From NCBI GenBank assembly GCA_046313635.1, contig JBKBYA010000006.1, forward strand, positions 64,001 through 128,000: 64,000 bases of DNA, given 5' to 3'. Below are positions 60,912 to 64,000 of this stretch, piece after piece (position 1 is the stretch's first letter; the number at the start of each line of letters is the position of its first letter). The notes under the pieces are model-generated. The model made no database searches and was not told where the DNA came from. It saw only the letters and a list, made by a program, of their open reading frames with translations. Source of the DNA: Pyrinomonadaceae bacterium (GTDB lineage Bacteria; Acidobacteriota; Blastocatellia; Pyrinomonadales; Pyrinomonadaceae). The position numbers and the translations under genes were made by a program.

Positions 60912-61952
60912 TTAGATGATGCCTTTGTCAATGAGAAGCTCTGCGTTCAGGATCGCCGCGCCGGCCGCTCCGCGGACGGTATTGTGACTGAGACTGACAA
61001 AGCGGTAGTCGAAGACCGTATCCGGAAAGATGCGTCCGACCGTGATCGTCATACCTCGGCCGTTGTCGCGGTCGAGCCGCGGCTGCGGACGGGCCGGATC
61101 TTCGGTCACCTCGATAAAGCGCTCGGGCGACGAATGAAGTTTGAGGCCTTCAAATTCGCGCATCGCCTCGATGATCTCCTCGAGCGTCGCCCTCTGTTTG
61201 AGCTTTACTCTAACGGACGCGGTGTGCCCGTCGACGACATTCACCCTGAAGCACTGCGCCGAGACCGCAAAGTCCGCCGCCTTCACTGACGAGCCGTCGA
61301 GATCGCCTAGTATCTTCTGCGCCTCGGTCTCGACCTTTGGCTCCTCGCCCGAGATGTACGGGACGACGTTGTCCGTGATGTCGAGCGACGGTACACCGGG
61401 ATAGCCGGCACCTGAGATCGCCTGCATTGTCGTCACGATCGCGGCGTCGATGCCGAACTTGCGGTGAATTGCCGCCAGCGGCGGCGCGATGCTGACGACA
61501 GCGCAGTTCGGATTGGTGACAATAAAGCCTTTTGTGAATCCGCGCTTTTGCCGCTGAACGTCGATCAGGCCGAGATGTTCGGGATTGATCTCGGGGATCA
61601 GCAGCGGCACGTCCTCGTCCATCCGGTACGCCGACGAGTTGCTGATCACCGGGTAGCCCGCGCGTGCAAACGCCTCCTCGGTCTCGCGGGCGACATTCGA
61701 CGGCAAACTCGAAAAGACGATGTCGCAGTCGAGCGGCGGCTCGATCGGCTGGACGGTGATCTCGCGCACGCCCTCGGGAATGCTGCCCGTGAGCTTCCAC
61801 GCGCAGGCCTCGGCGAATGATTTCCCAGCCGAGCGGTCAGACGCGGCCAGGGCCGTGATCTCAAATTGAGGATGCCCCTGCAGCAGCTGGATAAAGCGCT
61901 GACCGACGGTTCCCGTCGCACCCAGAATGCCAACGCGGTATGTCTTGCTCAT
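60912..61952 (-). CDS. asd: Aspartate-semialdehyde dehydrogenase
   Basis: GATGTVGQRF, TNPNC, MQAISGAG, HNTVRGAAG. Confidence 0.95.
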   Translation of the reverse strand: MSKTYRVGILGATGTVGQRFIQLLQGHPQFEITALAASDRSAGKSFAEACAWKLTGSIPEGVREITVQPIEPPLDCDIVFSSLPSNVARETEEAFARAGYPVISNSSAYRMDEDVPLLIPEINPEHLGLIDVQRQKRGFTKGFIVTNPNCAVVSIAPPLAAIHRKFGIDAAIVTTMQAISGAGYPGVPSLDITDNVVPYISGEEPKVETEAQKILGDLDGSSVKAADFAVSAQCFRVNVVDGHTASVRVKLKQRATLEEIIEAMREFEGLKLHSSPERFIEVTEDPARPQPRLDRDNGRGMTITVGRIFPDTVFDYRFVSLSHNTVRGAAGAAILNAELLIDKGII

Positions 61953-62065
61953 AAAGTCTCGCAAACCAAGTCACGTATTTTCGCACCTATTACAACGCCG
62001 CGCAAAAAAGCCGGGATCCTCTTGAATCCCGGCCAATAACTCGTGCCTCGATCTGACGAGATCTG

Positions 62066-63226
62066 TTAGAGAGACAACGCCTCCTTCATTCGCCGGACGC
62101 CCTCCGCCATACGCTCTTCGGTATTGCAGAAAGAGATCCGCAGGAAACCTTTGGCCTCGCTGCCAAAGGCGACGCCGGGCACGGTGATGACTCGATTTTG
62201 CAGACACCTTTCGGCGATCTCGATGTCGTCGCCGAGGCTGCGGACGTCGAGCATCGTGTAGAACGCGCCTTCGGGCGATGTGGCTTTCAGGCCGAGCTCT
62301 TTGGCAAAGAGGTCGACGAGGAATTCGCCGCGGCGCTTGTAAACGTCGCGGGCGTGCTGCTTAGCCGCCTCGGCCTCGGCGGTCCAGCCCAGCAGCGAGG
62401 CTTTTTGCGTGATGGTCGAGGTGCAAACGGTCAAGAATCCGTGCAGCACGTGAATGCCGCGCATCACCTCGGGCCGCGAGCTCGCCGCCCAGCCGAGACG
62501 CCATCCTGTCATGCTGAGCGACTTTGAGAGGCCGCTGACGATCACCGTCCGATCGTAAAACTCCGAAGCCGATCGCGGCCGCTCGGTAAAGTACAGGTCC
62601 GAGTAGATCTCGTCGGCGATGAGATAAATTCCCGTTCCTTTCAACGCCTCGGCGATCTGCTCGAGATCGGCCGGCGTGAGGATCTTGCCGGTCGGATTTG
62701 ACGGGCTGATGACGACCGCAGCTTTTGTCTTCGGCGTGATCGCGCGTTTGAACTCGTCGATGTCGAACGCAAATTCGCGGTCGGCCGGCATGCGGTAATA
62801 GACCGGATTGCCCTGCGAGATCTTGACGCACGCGTCATACGCCGGAAAGCTCGGGTCCGGCAAAAGCACGTCGTCGCCGCGATCGACGATCGCGAGGAAT
62901 GCGGCGGTCATCGCCTCCTGCGAGCCGCAGGTGACGACGACGTCGCTCGATCCTAAATTCAAATGCGGATATTGCTCGGCGATCTTTTCGCGAAGTGCGA
63001 GCAGGCCCGGATGCGACGTGTAGCCGTTCTGCTCGTCGCGGGCGATCCTCGCCGCCTCGTCACGCATGAACTGCGGCGTCGGCAGGTCGGGCTCGCCCAG
63101 GCCGAAGTTGATGCTCTCGGGCAGCGCGCGTTCAAAGAACTGCCTGATCAGCGTCGGCTGCAGTCCCTGCAGACGCTCGGGCACGTGAAACTCGTTTGAC
63201 TCGATCATCTCGACCGTTGAACTCAT
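62066..63226 (-). CDS. PLP-dependent aminotransferase class I/II
   Basis: GLGEPD, PSNPTG, DEIY, GLSKSLSMTGWRLGW. Confidence 0.93.
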   Translation of the reverse strand: MSSTVEMIESNEFHVPERLQGLQPTLIRQFFERALPESINFGLGEPDLPTPQFMRDEAARIARDEQNGYTSHPGLLALREKIAEQYPHLNLGSSDVVVTCGSQEAMTAAFLAIVDRGDDVLLPDPSFPAYDACVKISQGNPVYYRMPADREFAFDIDEFKRAITPKTKAAVVISPSNPTGKILTPADLEQIAEALKGTGIYLIADEIYSDLYFTERPRSASEFYDRTVIVSGLSKSLSMTGWRLGWAASSRPEVMRGIHVLHGFLTVCTSTITQKASLLGWTAEAEAAKQHARDVYKRRGEFLVDLFAKELGLKATSPEGAFYTMLDVRSLGDDIEIAERCLQNRVITVPGVAFGSEAKGFLRISFCNTEERMAEGVRRMKEALSL

Positions 63227-63231
63227 CTCGG

Positions 63232-63489
63232 TTACTTCTCGCCGCCTTCGTCCGACGATGCGGAATTGTCGTCGTCGAGTTCTTCTTCGATCTCCTCGCG
63301 GATCGTTCCGACCTCGACGTTGAATTCGCCCTCGGCACGCGTCAGCGGGTCGCCGGTCAGCACGCCGCCGATCGTCTCGATCTCGCCGACGATGAACTGC
63401 GAAAAGCCCGACATCGTCCCGCCGTCCTCGGTATCGGCAGTCACGGGCTCGGTCGACGCGGCCTCGTCCTTCTCTTTTTCGTTCGACAT
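63232..63489 (-). CDS. Small acidic protein with a CsbD-like core
   Basis: 'GEIETIGGVLTGDPLTRAEGEFNVEVG' resembles the CsbD pattern; co-oriented with its neighbours. Confidence 0.55.
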   Translation of the reverse strand: MSNEKEKDEAASTEPVTADTEDGGTMSGFSQFIVGEIETIGGVLTGDPLTRAEGEFNVEVGTIREEIEEELDDDNSASSDEGGEK

Positions 63490-63520
63490 ATTTTTATCTT
63501 ATTTGATTTACGCCAAAAGC

Positions 63521-64000
63521 CTAAGACGCTGTCGTTGAGCGGCGAGCGCGGTCGGCCGCGAAATCGATAAATCCCGTTCGCGGGTCTGCGGAGAGCAGCG
63601 TGACCGTCACGGCCTCGCCGACCTCGAGACCGCGTTCGCCGCGGACGACGCGGCCGTCCACCGGCGGCCTCAGGATGCGCGCGAATGTGCCGCTCTTTGT
63701 AACGCCGGTGACGATCGCCTTAAAGCTCTCGCCGATGTGCCGCCGCATCACGTTCGCGGCGACGACCTTGCGTATCTTGCGTTCGACCTTGCGCGCGGCC
63801 GACTCCTGCAGGTTGCAGCGCTCGGCGATCGCGTTCAGCTCCTCAAACGTGTAGGGCTCGCCGTCGCCCCGCAGCGCGGCCTTGACCAGACGCTGGACGA
63901 TGATGTCCGAGTAGCGGCGATTCGGCGCGGTCGAGTGAGCGTAGTCGCGCACCGCGAGACCGAAGTGGCCGTCCGACCCCACTCCCGGCCGCTTGACGAC
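63521..64000 (-). CDS. RNB domain exoribonuclease (RNase II/R family), C-terminal part only
   Basis: HFGLAVRDYAHSTAPNRRYSDIIVQR followed by an S1-like domain; the frame is open to the window end. Confidence 0.88.
   Translation of the reverse strand, partial: VVKRPGVGSDGHFGLAVRDYAHSTAPNRRYSDIIVQRLVKAALRGDGEPYTFEELNAIAERCNLQESAARKVERKIRKVVAANVMRRHIGESFKAIVTGVTKSGTFARILRPPVDGRVVRGERGLEVGEAVTVTLLSADPRTGFIDFAADRARRSTTAS

Overview
A GC-rich bacterial chromosomal segment. Gene content suggests Acidobacteriota, probably Blastocatellia (inference from paired acidobacterial-type VWA proteins, an Oar-like TonB-dependent receptor and an alternative complex III/caa3 oxidase operon). It is mostly housekeeping: M23 and S46 peptidases, mtgA, glgC, sua5, uvrC, tdk, eno, pyk, a GH15 hydrolase, a Lol-like envelope cluster with a radical SAM gene, actABCDEF-sco-ctaCDEF, purS/purQ/purB, asd and an aminotransferase. 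I saw no rRNA, tRNA, CRISPR array, transposase or reverse transcriptase. The most unusual signal is three divergent four-helix-bundle genes (23S rRNA IVP/Avd-like) at 4293-4700, 32161-32571 and 56792-57223. Each is bracketed by its own inverted array of 7- or 8-bp tandem repeats (GTGAGAAA, AGGGATG, CAACGAW). In each case the upstream arm starts at or next to the stop codon of the co-oriented host gene, so the transcript could fold into a long stem with the ORF in the loop. One cassette splits purS from purQ. A fourth inverted heptamer pair without cargo, a REPIN/MITE-like palindromic element, an in-frame REP-like insert and a 21-bp tandem repeat are also present. All calls were made by eye; no searches were run.
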